Part shown: positions 36,230 to 45,497 of the stretch, in pieces
How the letters are laid out: each line of letters begins with the position of its first letter
How positions within the stretch are numbered: the first letter of the stretch is position 1
Source: Pseudomonadota bacterium
GTDB taxonomy: Bacteria > Pseudomonadota > Alphaproteobacteria > CACIAM-22H2
Direction of reading: 5' to 3'
Assembly (NCBI GenBank): GCA_041178225.1
Contig: JBEGVV010000167.1
Location: 1 to 61,669 of the forward strand
Length of the DNA stretch: 61,669 nucleotides
The notes under the pieces: generated by a model
What the model was told of the DNA's origin: nothing
The model's database searches: none
The model's input: only the letters and a program-made list of their open reading frames with translations
Position numbers and translations under genes: made by a program

Positions 36230-37165
36230 TCAACGGTCCGGCGAGAAGGGCGTCCCGAGCATGGCCGGCTCGGAGGCGCGCCTTCCGCGCGAACGGGATA
36301 TCAGGACCAATACCACGATGGTCGCGGCATAGGGCAGCGCCGACCAGAACTGCCCGGGCAGGACCAGGAAGTCCGGCAGCGCCCCGCGCATGGCCTGGAG
36401 GTGGAGCTGGCCTATCGACATGGCCCCGAAGAGATAGGCCCCGAACAGCAGCCGCCAGGGCCGCCACGAGGCGAAGACGACGAGCGCCAGCGCGATCCAG
36501 CCGCGCCCGGCGGTCATCCCGGTCACCCAGAACGGGGTGTAGACGAGCGCGACATAGGCCCCGGCCAGTCCCGCGCAGGCGCCGCCGAACATGAGCGCCG
36601 CGAAGCGGACGAGGCGCACGTCGTGGCCCAGCGCATGGGCGGAGGCGTGGTTGTCGCCCACCGCGCGAAGGACGAGCCCGGCGCGGGTGCGCGACAGGAA
36701 CCACCAGGTGCCGGCAACCAGCGCGAAGGACGCGTAGACGAAGGGATCGAGGCCGAAGACGAGCTTGCCCACGACCGGCAGCGAGCCGAGCCACGGGATG
36801 TCGACCGGGCCCACCGGGTCGATCCTCTGCCCGACCATGCCCTGCCCCACGAGCCCGGAGAGGCCGAGCCCGAGGATGGTCAGGGCGAGGCCGCAGGCCA
36901 CCTGGTTGGCGACGAGCCCGAGCACGAGCAAGCCGAAGATGGCGGCCATGGCCATGCCCGCGAGCATCGCCACCCCGACCCCGGCGGCATGCGAGCCGGT
37001 GGCGAGCGTCGCCGCGAAGCCGCAGGCGGCGCCCATGATCATCATGCCCTCGACGCCGAGGTTCAGGACGCCGGAGCGCTCGACCACGAGTTCGCCGACC
37101 GCCGCCAGCAGCAGCGGCGTCGAGGCCGTCACGACGGTCAGCAGGATGGCGGTCGCGAGGTCCAT
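36230..37165 (-). CDS. Nucleoside ABC transporter permease
   Basis: ERSGVLNLGVEG, AGRGWIALALVVF and LPY motifs. Confidence 0.92.
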   Translation of the reverse strand: MDLATAILLTVVTASTPLLLAAVGELVVERSGVLNLGVEGMMIMGAACGFAATLATGSHAAGVGVAMLAGMAMAAIFGLLVLGLVANQVACGLALTILGLGLSGLVGQGMVGQRIDPVGPVDIPWLGSLPVVGKLVFGLDPFVYASFALVAGTWWFLSRTRAGLVLRAVGDNHASAHALGHDVRLVRFAALMFGGACAGLAGAYVALVYTPFWVTGMTAGRGWIALALVVFASWRPWRLLFGAYLFGAMSIGQLHLQAMRGALPDFLVLPGQFWSALPYAATIVVLVLISRSRGRRASEPAMLGTPFSPDR

Positions 37166-37172
37166 GGCCCCC

Positions 37173-38240
37173 TCACGCCGGCCCGCGCCGCGCGAGGCGC
37201 AGGCGGTGGAGGACGAGCAGGTCGCAGGCCAGCACGAAGAACAGCAGCAGCCCCTGGATCACGCGCGTCGCGTCGAGCGGGATCTTCATCATGATCTGGG
37301 CGTTCTCCCCGCCCAGGTAGGACAGCGCCAGCAGCAGCCCCGCGCAGAGGATCCCGAACGGGTGCAGGCGCCCGAGGAAGGCGACGATGATCGCCGCGAA
37401 GCCGTAGCCCGGCGAGATCGAGGGACGCAGCTGGCCCATCGTCCCCACCACCTCGAGCGCCCCGGCGATGCCGGCGAGCGCGCCCGAGAGCGCGAAGACG
37501 AGCAGCGTCGCGCGCGCCGGAGAGAAGCCGGCGAAGGCCGCCGCGCGCGGCGCCTGCCCGATCACGCGGATCTCGAAGCCCTTCATCGTGCGCCCCAGGA
37601 CGAACGCCGCCGCGCAGCAGGCGAGCACGGCGAGCGCGGCGCCGACGTGGATCCGGCTGCCCTCGACCAGGATGGGCACCGCCACGTCGAAGGCCACGGA
37701 TTGCGGGAAGTTCATGGCGCGCGGGTCGCGCCACGGCCCGCGCACGAGCCAGTCCAGCAGCAGCTCGGCGACATAGACCAGCATCAGGCTGGTCAGGATC
37801 TCGTTGGTGGAGAAGCGTATGCGCAGCAGCGCCGGGATCAACGCGAGCGCCGCGCCTCCCAGCGCGCCCATCGCGATCACCGCGGGAAGGCCGAGCGCCG
37901 AGCCGGTCTGGTGCAGGGCGAGCGCCGCGCCGCCGCCGAAGATGCCACCCATGACGTACTGGCCTTCGGCGCCGATGTTCCAGTTGTTGGAGAGGTAGCA
38001 GAAGGACAGGCCCGTCGCGATCAGCACCAGCGGCGTCGCCTTGACGACCAGTTCCTGCAGCGACCAGGGATCGACCAGCGGCGCCACGAAATAGGCATGC
38101 ATCGCCGGCAGCGGATCCTTGCCCAGCGCCGCGAAGATGGCGGCGCTGGACGCGAGCGTGAGCGCGATCGCGACCAGCGGCGACAGGAACGTCATCGCCA
38201 GGGACGGCTCGGCGCGCTTCTCGAGGACGATCCACGCCAT
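37173..38240 (-). CDS. Nucleoside ABC transporter permease
   Basis: WNIGAEGQ, NEILTSLML and GYGFAAIIVAFLGRL motifs. Confidence 0.92.
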   Translation of the reverse strand: MAWIVLEKRAEPSLAMTFLSPLVAIALTLASSAAIFAALGKDPLPAMHAYFVAPLVDPWSLQELVVKATPLVLIATGLSFCYLSNNWNIGAEGQYVMGGIFGGGAALALHQTGSALGLPAVIAMGALGGAALALIPALLRIRFSTNEILTSLMLVYVAELLLDWLVRGPWRDPRAMNFPQSVAFDVAVPILVEGSRIHVGAALAVLACCAAAFVLGRTMKGFEIRVIGQAPRAAAFAGFSPARATLLVFALSGALAGIAGALEVVGTMGQLRPSISPGYGFAAIIVAFLGRLHPFGILCAGLLLALSYLGGENAQIMMKIPLDATRVIQGLLLFFVLACDLLVLHRLRLARRGPA

Positions 38241-38241
38241 C

Positions 38242-39810
38242 TCAGGCCTCCACCCCCGCCTGCGCGCCGCCCATCAGCAGGCCGAGCCGCTCCGCCGTCA
38301 TGCGGCCCGCCGGGATGGGCGCCGAGAGCCGGCCGTCGTGGATCACCGCGATGCGGTCGGCGATCGCGAAGATCTCGTCGAGGTCCTGGCTGATGACGAG
38401 CACCGCGGCGCCACGGCGCGCCAGCGCGACCAGCGCGCGGCGGATCGTGGCGGCGGCACCGGCGTCGACGCCCCAGGTCGGCTGCGACACGACGAGCAGC
38501 GCCGGGTCGCGCAGGATCTCGCGCCCGACGACGAATTTCTGCAGGTTGCCGCCCGAGAGCGACGCAGCCTCGGGATCGCGCCTTCCCTTGCGCACGTCGA
38601 AGGCCTCGCTGACGCGGTCCACGTGGTCGAGCGCGCCGCGCCGGTCGACGATCCACGCGCCGGCGCGCTCGTCGAGGGCGTGGCCCGTGAGGATCGCGTT
38701 CTCCGACAGGCGCAGCCGCGCCGCGGCGGCATGGCCGATGCGCTCCTCGGGCACGAAGGCGGCGCCGAGGCGGCGGCGCGCGTTGATGCCCATCAGCCCG
38801 ACCTCGCGCCCCGACAGCACGACGGCGCCCGCGGCACCCGCGCGGGTCTCTCCCGAGATCGCGGAGAAGAGCTCCGACTGGCCATTACCGGCGACGCCCG
38901 CTATCGCGACCACCTCGCCCGCGCGCACGACGAGGTCGAGCGAGGACAGGGCGATGGCATGCTCGCTGGGCGCGGGCAGATCGAGGCCGCGGAGCTCCAG
39001 CCTTGGCTCGCCCCCGGCAGGCGGCGCCTCGTCGCGGCGCAGCGCGTCCGCGTCGGCGCCGATCATCATCCGGGCCAGGCTCGCGGGAGTCTCGGCGCGC
39101 GGGTCGCAGGTCGCCACGAGCCGCCCATGGCGCAGGATGGTGGCACGCGCGCAGATGCGGCGGACCTCGTCGAGCCTGTGCGTGATGTGCAGGATGGCCC
39201 TGCCCTCGGCGGCCAGGCGCCCGAGCGTCGCGAAGAGCTGCTCGGCCTCCTGCGGCGTCAGGACGGCAGTGGGCTCGTCCAGGATCAGCAGGCGCGGGTC
39301 CTGCAGGAGGCAACGGACGATCTCGATCCGCTGGCGCTCGCCGACCGACAATTCATGCACCGGGCGGTCCGGCTCCAGCCTCAGGCCGTATTGCCGCGAG
39401 ACTTCCGCGAGCCGTCCCGAGAGGCCCTCTGCAGCGGCGCGCGGCAGCGCGAGGGCCACGTTCTCGGCGACGGTCAGGCTCTCGAAGAGCGAGAAATGCT
39501 GGAACACCATGCCGATGCCGAGGTCACGCGCGGCCGACGGCCCGGCGATCGCGACGCGGCGTCCCATCCACTCGACGTGGCCGGAATCGGGCTGGAGCAG
39601 CCCGTAGAGCATCTTCACGAGCGTGGACTTGCCGGCGCCATTCTCGCCGAGCAGCGCGTGGATCTCGCCAGGCGCGACATCGAGGTCGATCCGGTCGTTG
39701 GCGACCACCTGGCCGAAGCGCTTCGACAGGCCATGGGCCCGGATGACCGGGACGCCGTGCGGGATGGCGACGCCGATGCCGGCCGCCGAATCGGGGAGCG
39801 CCTCGCTCAT
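38242..39810 (-). CDS. Nucleoside/sugar (CUT2) ABC transporter double ATPase
   Basis: GENGAGKS, LSVGERQR, DEPT, GVAGNGQ, LSGGNLQK and QPTWGVD motifs. Confidence 0.93.
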   Translation of the reverse strand: MSEALPDSAAGIGVAIPHGVPVIRAHGLSKRFGQVVANDRIDLDVAPGEIHALLGENGAGKSTLVKMLYGLLQPDSGHVEWMGRRVAIAGPSAARDLGIGMVFQHFSLFESLTVAENVALALPRAAAEGLSGRLAEVSRQYGLRLEPDRPVHELSVGERQRIEIVRCLLQDPRLLILDEPTAVLTPQEAEQLFATLGRLAAEGRAILHITHRLDEVRRICARATILRHGRLVATCDPRAETPASLARMMIGADADALRRDEAPPAGGEPRLELRGLDLPAPSEHAIALSSLDLVVRAGEVVAIAGVAGNGQSELFSAISGETRAGAAGAVVLSGREVGLMGINARRRLGAAFVPEERIGHAAAARLRLSENAILTGHALDERAGAWIVDRRGALDHVDRVSEAFDVRKGRRDPEAASLSGGNLQKFVVGREILRDPALLVVSQPTWGVDAGAAATIRRALVALARRGAAVLVISQDLDEIFAIADRIAVIHDGRLSAPIPAGRMTAERLGLLMGGAQAGVEA

Positions 39811-39896
39811 GGAACGTGCCGTATAGACCGGAACGGGCGCCCGGGTCGCGGGGACGGTGGATAACCCGGGCCAGCCGGCCGTCGCCCAGTTCAAAC

Positions 39897-39926
39897 TGGA
39901 CTCCCGCGAGGCAGCCTGCCTATCCT
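39897..39926 (+). promoter_or_regulatory. Putative sigma70 promoter of the sRNA
   Basis: TGGACT-N18-TATCCT with no downstream plus-strand ORF. Confidence 0.45.
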
Positions 39927-39931
39927 CGCGG

Positions 39932-40030
39932 CCTTAACTGCGCGCCCAAGAGGCAATAACGCAGGCCCAGGTCTAGGGAAGCACACGCCACGGGGAGCCC
40001 GGCATTCCGCAAGGAAGGCCGGGCTTCATT
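39932..40030 (+). ncRNA. Small RNA, probable alpha-r9 (Smr9C-like) family homolog
   Basis: Promoter, then a non-coding lower-GC body (TTAA..CCCAAGAG..AATAACGC..CCCAG.TCTAGGGAAGC), then a terminal hairpin; convergent with DUF1467 in the DUF1467-proS interval; family resemblance is from recall, not a search. Confidence 0.6.
39995..40030. terminator. Hairpin between the sRNA and DUF1467
   Basis: AGCCCGGC-a-TTCC-GCAA-GGAA-g-GCCGGGCT followed by a short pyrimidine-rich tail. Confidence 0.6.
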
Positions 40031-40057
40031 CCTTCCGGGCATGCCCCTCGCCGCCGC

Positions 40058-40315
40058 TCAGCTCGCCGCCATGTCGCGGAAGCTGACCAGTTCCGCGCGC
40101 ACGGCGAGTTCGAGCGCGAGCCAGAGCGCGGCGCTGATCGCCGTCGTCACGACCATCTTGATGCCGAGCCTCGGGCGCTCGGGCGCGCTTGGCGCGTGGC
40201 CCTTCTCGATGCGCGCGGGCGGGCGCGCGCCAAAGGGCAGCACCGCGAAGATCACCACCCACCACATGGTGATGTAGATGGCGATCCCGGTCGCCCAGCC
40301 CATCGACGGCGTCAT
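40058..40315 (-). CDS. DUF1467 family small membrane protein
   Basis: IAIY..MWWVVIFAVLPFG and G..PSAP..P motifs; follows mce; alternative start at 40303. Confidence 0.88.
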   Translation of the reverse strand: MTPSMGWATGIAIYITMWWVVIFAVLPFGARPPARIEKGHAPSAPERPRLGIKMVVTTAISAALWLALELAVRAELVSFRDMAAS

Positions 40316-40716
40316 GCCTGCTCCAGTTCCACGAGCGTGCCGCAGAAATCGCGGGGGTGAAGGAAGAGCACCGGCTTGCCATGCGCGCCGATCCGCGGCT
40401 CGCCGTCGCCCAGGACGCGCGCGCCCGCGGCCCTGAGCCGGTCGCGCGCGGCGAGGATGTCCTCCACCTCGTAGCAGACATGGTGCATGCCACCGGAGGC
40501 GTGCTCGGCGAGGAACTTCGCGATCGGCGAAGCCGCGCCGAGCGGGTGCAGCAGCTCGATCTTCGTGTTGTCGAGCTCGACGAAGACGGTCGTCACGCCA
40601 TGCTCGGGCAGGTCGACGGGGTCCGAGACGCGCGCGCCCAGCGTCTCGCGGTAGACGCGCGAGGCGGCCGCGAGGTCGGGCACGACGATGGCGACGTGGT
40701 TGAGGCGTCCGAGCAT
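40312..40716 (-). CDS. mce: Methylmalonyl-CoA epimerase
   Basis: LNHVAI, GGMHHVCYEV and GAHGKPVLFLHP.DF.GTLVELEQ motifs. Confidence 0.96.
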   Translation of the reverse strand: MLGRLNHVAIVVPDLAAASRVYRETLGARVSDPVDLPEHGVTTVFVELDNTKIELLHPLGAASPIAKFLAEHASGGMHHVCYEVEDILAARDRLRAAGARVLGDGEPRIGAHGKPVLFLHPRDFCGTLVELEQA

Positions 40717-40766
40717 GGGGCTTGTCCCGGGATGTTGCGGCGTCGCCGCGGAAGATAGTGCGCCGC

Positions 40767-42452
40767 TCACACGCGGACGAGATGCACCCGCACCTCGGGA
40801 CGCTTGCCGAGCACGTCGCGCGCGCGCCGCCTGATGGCGCGCCGCACCGCCTCTTCCAGCGCCGCGTCGTCCGCGCCGCGCCCTGCCTTGCGCAGGGCGT
40901 CCGCGGCGGCATCGCGCAGGTCGTCGAGCGCCGCCTCGTCCTCCTCGGCGAGGCCAGGGGCGGAGAGCCTCGGCTCGCCCACCGGCCGCCCCTTGCGGTC
41001 GACGACGACCGTCGCCATGACCGCGCCGTTCCAAAGCATGCGGCCGCGCGCGCGGATCACGTCGCCGTCCATCGGCACCAGGCGGTCGCCCTCGACGGCG
41101 AGGCGGCCCGAATGGACCTCGCCCACCTTCTCGGGCGCGCCGTCGCGCGCGATGCGGATGACGTCGCCGTTCGACGGCACGAGCGCGTGCTGGACCTGGC
41201 AGTCCCGTGCGAGCAGGGCATGCGCCTGCATGTGCTGGGCCTCGCCATGCACCGGGATCGCGGCGCGCGGGCGCACCCACTGGTACATGCGCGCGAGCTC
41301 GCCGCGGCAGGGATGCCCGGAGACGTGGATCGGCCCGCCGAGGTCGCCAGGCGCGTTCTCGTCGTCGACGATCGAGACGCCCAGCGACGCGAGCTGGTTC
41401 TTGAGCCGCAGCACCGGCCGCTCGTTGCCGGGGATGGTGCGCGAGGAGAAGACGCAGGTGTCGCCGCGCTCGAGCACGACATGCGGGTGCTCGTCCGAGG
41501 CGATGCGCGAGAGCGCGGCGCGCGGCTCGCCCTGGCTGCCGGTGCAGACGAGCACGAGGCGGTCGGCCGGCACGTAGCCCGCCTCGTCCTCGCGCAGGAA
41601 GTTGATCGACGCGTCGATGTAGCCGTTCTCCCGCGCGGATTCGTGCATGCGCCAGAGCGAGCGCCCGACCAGCGCGACGTCGCGGCCGGCCGCGCGCGCG
41701 GCGAGCGCGATGGTCTCGAGCCGCGCGATGTTGGAGGCGAAGCAGGCCACGGCGATCCTCGCGCCCTGCCGCGCGAAGAGCGCGCCCAGCGCCCGGCGCA
41801 CGTCGGCCTCCGAGCCCGCTTCCCCCTCGCGCATCGCGTTGGTGGAATCACCGACCAGCGCGACCACGCCCTCGGCGCCCAGCGCCGCCAGGCGGGCCGT
41901 CTCCATCCCCCCGCCGACCAGCGGCTCGGGGTCGATCTTCCAGTCGCCGGTATGGAGCAGCGTCCCGGCCGCGGTGCGGATGGCGAGCGCCATCGGCTCC
42001 GGGATCGAATGCGTGAGATGCACCATCTCGACGTCGAAGGCGCCCACGCGGAAACGCGCGTCGAGCGGCACGACCGTGAGGCCGATGTCCTCGCGGAACT
42101 CCGATTCCGAGAGCTTGCGGCGCAGGACCGAGGCGGCGAAGGGCGTCGCCCAGACCGGGCAGCGCAGCCGCCGCCAGAGATACTGCACTGCGCCGAGGTG
42201 GTCCTCGTGCGCGTGCGTGAGCACGAGCCCCGCCAGCCTGTCGCGATGCTCCTCGATGAAGGCCGTGTCGGGCGCGATCACCTCGGCTCCGGACTGGGAC
42301 TCCCCGCCGAAGGTCACGCCGCAATCGACCATCAGCCAGCTGCCGCGATGGCCGTAGAGGTTGAGGTTCATGCCGATCTCGCCCGACCCGCCGAGCGGGA
42401 CGAAGAAGACCTCCTCCGACCTCCGGTCGAGGAAACGCGCGTGCCAGTCCAC
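40767..42452 (-). CDS. rnj: Ribonuclease J
   Basis: PLGGSGEIGMN, THAHEDH, HTGDWK, TGSQGE, HVSGH and PVHGE motifs. Confidence 0.95.
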   Translation of the reverse strand: MDWHARFLDRRSEEVFFVPLGGSGEIGMNLNLYGHRGSWLMVDCGVTFGGESQSGAEVIAPDTAFIEEHRDRLAGLVLTHAHEDHLGAVQYLWRRLRCPVWATPFAASVLRRKLSESEFREDIGLTVVPLDARFRVGAFDVEMVHLTHSIPEPMALAIRTAAGTLLHTGDWKIDPEPLVGGGMETARLAALGAEGVVALVGDSTNAMREGEAGSEADVRRALGALFARQGARIAVACFASNIARLETIALAARAAGRDVALVGRSLWRMHESARENGYIDASINFLREDEAGYVPADRLVLVCTGSQGEPRAALSRIASDEHPHVVLERGDTCVFSSRTIPGNERPVLRLKNQLASLGVSIVDDENAPGDLGGPIHVSGHPCRGELARMYQWVRPRAAIPVHGEAQHMQAHALLARDCQVQHALVPSNGDVIRIARDGAPEKVGEVHSGRLAVEGDRLVPMDGDVIRARGRMLWNGAVMATVVVDRKGRPVGEPRLSAPGLAEEDEAALDDLRDAAADALRKAGRGADDAALEEAVRRAIRRRARDVLGKRPEVRVHLVRV

Positions 42453-42475
42453 CTGCGCTCCCGATCCCTCGCGTC

Positions 42476-43246
42476 TCAGCCGCGGTTGCGGCGATGTATG
42501 TCGACCAGCCCGAGAAGCGTCAGGTCCTGGTCGACATGGTGGATGGCGGAGGTGCCGTCCGCGATCAGCGGCACGAGGCCGCCCGTGCCGATCACCGTGT
42601 GCGGCAGGCCGGTCTCGTCCTCGATGCGGCGCAGCGTCCCCTCGATGAGGCCGATATAGCCCCAGTAGATGCCGGACTGCATGGCCTCGACGGTGGTGCG
42701 CCCGATGGCGCGGCGCGGGCGGCGGATCTCGACGCGCGGCAGCTTGGCGGCGCGGTTGTAGAGCGCCTCGAAGCTCAGCGATATGCCGGGGGAGATGACG
42801 CCCCCGCAGTAGTTTCCGTCGGCGTCGATGACGTCGAAGGTCGTCGCGGTGCCGAGGTCGATCACGACGGCGGGCGTGGCGTAGCGGTTGCGCGCGGCGA
42901 CGGCGTTCGCGATGCGGTCGGCCCCGGCCTCCTCGGGCCGGTCGATGAGGATGCGTATGCCGGGGTCGCAGCCGGGCTCGCCGACCACCAGCGGGTCGCC
43001 GCCGAAATAGGTCCGGCAGAGGCTCTTCAGGGGGAATGCCGTCTGCGGCACCACGTTGGCGAGGACGACGCCGTCGATGTCCTCGCGCCGCAGGCCCGCC
43101 AGCGCCATCAGCCCGGTCAGCCAGAACGCGTACTCGTCGGCCGTGCGGCTGGCGTTGGTGGAGATCTGCCAGGCGCCGCGCTTGGCGTCGCCATCGAAGA
43201 CGCCGAACTTGGTCGTCGTGTTGTTGGCGTTGATGACCAGCAGCAT
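42476..43246 (-). CDS. coaX: Type III pantothenate kinase
   Basis: GADR, IDLGTATTFD, GG.ISPG and TGG motifs; N-terminal motif is the variant INANNT. Confidence 0.92.
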   Translation of the reverse strand: MLLVINANNTTTKFGVFDGDAKRGAWQISTNASRTADEYAFWLTGLMALAGLRREDIDGVVLANVVPQTAFPLKSLCRTYFGGDPLVVGEPGCDPGIRILIDRPEEAGADRIANAVAARNRYATPAVVIDLGTATTFDVIDADGNYCGGVISPGISLSFEALYNRAAKLPRVEIRRPRRAIGRTTVEAMQSGIYWGYIGLIEGTLRRIEDETGLPHTVIGTGGLVPLIADGTSAIHHVDQDLTLLGLVDIHRRNRG

Positions 43247-43259
43247 GGACGCAAGCCTA

Positions 43260-44024
43260 TCACGCGGACGGCGCGAAGAACACGTCGCCCGCCGAGACGC
43301 GGCGGGGCCCGTCGGGCGTCTCGAGGAGCATCTCGCCTCCCTCCGCGAGCCCCGCGAAGGTGCCTCGGATCTCCCGGTCGGGAAGCCTCGCGATCGCCGG
43401 CGCGCCAAGCCCGTGCGCAGCCTCCATCCAGGCGGCGCGCACCGGCGCGAAGCCCTCCGCGGCCCAGGCATCGTGGTGCCGTCGCAACGCGCGCAGGCAG
43501 CCCGCGAGGACCTCGCGGGGCTGGATGTCGCCGGCGCCCTCGGCGCGGAGCGACGTCGCGGGCAGCCTCGCCTCGCCAGGGAAGCTCGCCACGTTCACGC
43601 CGAAGCCGACGACGAGGCCATCGACGCCGTCGGCGCGCGCGCCCTCGCTCTCGAGCAGGATGCCCGCGACCTTCCGGCCATCGGCCAGCACGTCGTTTGG
43701 CCACTTGAGGCTCACGCGGCGGTCGGCGGGAAGCAGCCCGCGCAACGCCTCGCCGATCGCGACCGCCGCCACGAAGGCGAGTTGCGCGACGCGCGCAGGC
43801 GGCCCCGGCGGCCGCAGGACCAGGGACGCGTAGAGGTTTCCCGGCGGGCTGGACCAGGTCCGCCCGTCGCGGCCGCGGCCGCCGGACTGGCTACCGGCCC
43901 AGAACAGGGTCCAGGCGTCGGCACCGGCCAGCAGGAGCCTGCGTGCCTCGTCGTTGGTGCTGCCGACCTCGGCCGCGAAGACGACCTTGCTGGCCTCGGG
44001 GAAGGCCGGCGCGCCCGCCATCAT
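43260..44024 (-). CDS. birA: Biotin--[acetyl-CoA carboxylase] ligase (no HTH domain)
   Basis: STND, GRGRDGRTW, LKWPNDV and KVAGILLE motifs. Confidence 0.95.
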   Translation of the reverse strand: MMAGAPAFPEASKVVFAAEVGSTNDEARRLLLAGADAWTLFWAGSQSGGRGRDGRTWSSPPGNLYASLVLRPPGPPARVAQLAFVAAVAIGEALRGLLPADRRVSLKWPNDVLADGRKVAGILLESEGARADGVDGLVVGFGVNVASFPGEARLPATSLRAEGAGDIQPREVLAGCLRALRRHHDAWAAEGFAPVRAAWMEAAHGLGAPAIARLPDREIRGTFAGLAEGGEMLLETPDGPRRVSAGDVFFAPSA

Positions 44025-44034
44025 GCGGCGACGA

Positions 44035-45492
44035 TCACGGGAAGAGTGAGGCCGCGGCCGCGTTGGCCGCGCGCACGAGCGGGCCCGGCATGACGAAGAA
44101 GAGCAGCGTGAACAGGCTGCCGATGGCGAGAACGGCGGTGAGCGACGGCGCGACGCGCGCGTCGAGCGCCTCCTTGACCTCGTCGAAGTACATGATCTTC
44201 ACGATGCGCAGGTAGTAGAACGCGCCGAAGACGCTGGTCAGGACGCCGACGACCGCGAGGACGTAGAAGCCCGAGCGCACCGCGGCCTCGAACACGTAGA
44301 ACTTCGAGAAGAAGCCGGCGAGCGGCGGGATGCCCGCCATCGCGAACATGGACGCCGCGAGGCCCGCCGCCATCAGCGGATGCGTCGTCGAGAGCCCCGC
44401 GAGGTCCTCGATGCGCTCCACCGCCCTGCCCTGCACGCGCATCGACAGGATCACCGCGAAGACCGCGACGTTCATGAACAGGTAGATCGCGAGGTAGAGC
44501 GCGACCGCCGCGATGCCGGCCTTGCCGCCGGCGACGACGCCGACCAGCGCATAGCCGACATGGCCGATCGAACTGTAGGCCATGAGCCGCTTGAGGTTGC
44601 CCTGCCAGATCGCGGCGAAGGCGCCGACCACCATCGACAGGACCGCGACGAACCACACGATCTGCTGCCACTGCGCGGCGAGCGGGCCGAAGGGCTCGAC
44701 CAGCACGCGCACGAGAAGCGCCGTCGCGGCGACCTTCGGCGCGATCGCGAAGAACGCCGTCACCGGGGTGGGCGCGCCTTCGTAGACGTCGGGCGTCCAC
44801 ATGTGGAACGGCGCGGCGGAGACCTTGAAGGCGAGGCCCGCGAGCACGAAGACCAGGCCGAAGAGGATCCCGAGCGGCACCTGCTCGCCGGGCCGCGCGG
44901 CGGCGGCGAGCGCCTTGCCGATGGCCTCGAAGCCGGTGCTGCCGACGAAGCCGTACACCAGGGACGCGCCGTAGAGGAGCATGCCGGACGACAGCGCGCC
45001 GAGGACGAAGTACTTGAGGCCCGCCTCGGTCGACTTCACGGAATCGCGGCGGAACGCGGCGATGACGTAGAGCGACAGGCTCTGGAGCTCGAGGCCGAGG
45101 TAGAGCGACATCAGGTCCGACGCCGAGATCATCAGCATCATGCCGATCGTCGCGAAGAGCACGAGGATGGGGAACTCGAAGCGCTCCATGTCCTCGCGGC
45201 GGTTGTGGTCGAGCGACAGCACGAGGCCGAGCCCCGCGCCCAGCAGGACGAGCGCCTTCATGAAGGTGGCGAAGCCATCGGTGACGAAGAGCCCGGAGAA
45301 GCCAACGCTGCGGGGGCCGGCCCCGGAGAAGAGCAGCGCCGCCGCGGCCGCCAGCGCGGCGATCGAAAGGCCCGCGACGCGGCGGTATGCCCCCTCGCCC
45401 GCTATCGCCCCGTAGAGCAGCAGGCCGAGCGCCGAGAGGGCGAGGAACAACTCGGGCAGGGCCGCGCCGAGGGAGAGGGCTGGAGCGTTCAT
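44035..45492 (-). CDS. nuoN: NADH-quinone oxidoreductase subunit N
   Basis: [27 protein letters not shown] and KRLMAYSSI motifs. Confidence 0.97.
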   Translation of the reverse strand: MNAPALSLGAALPELFLALSALGLLLYGAIAGEGAYRRVAGLSIAALAAAAALLFSGAGPRSVGFSGLFVTDGFATFMKALVLLGAGLGLVLSLDHNRREDMERFEFPILVLFATIGMMLMISASDLMSLYLGLELQSLSLYVIAAFRRDSVKSTEAGLKYFVLGALSSGMLLYGASLVYGFVGSTGFEAIGKALAAAARPGEQVPLGILFGLVFVLAGLAFKVSAAPFHMWTPDVYEGAPTPVTAFFAIAPKVAATALLVRVLVEPFGPLAAQWQQIVWFVAVLSMVVGAFAAIWQGNLKRLMAYSSIGHVGYALVGVVAGGKAGIAAVALYLAIYLFMNVAVFAVILSMRVQGRAVERIEDLAGLSTTHPLMAAGLAASMFAMAGIPPLAGFFSKFYVFEAAVRSGFYVLAVVGVLTSVFGAFYYLRIVKIMYFDEVKEALDARVAPSLTAVLAIGSLFTLLFFVMPGPLVRAANAAAASLFP

Positions 45493-45497
45493 CGCAT

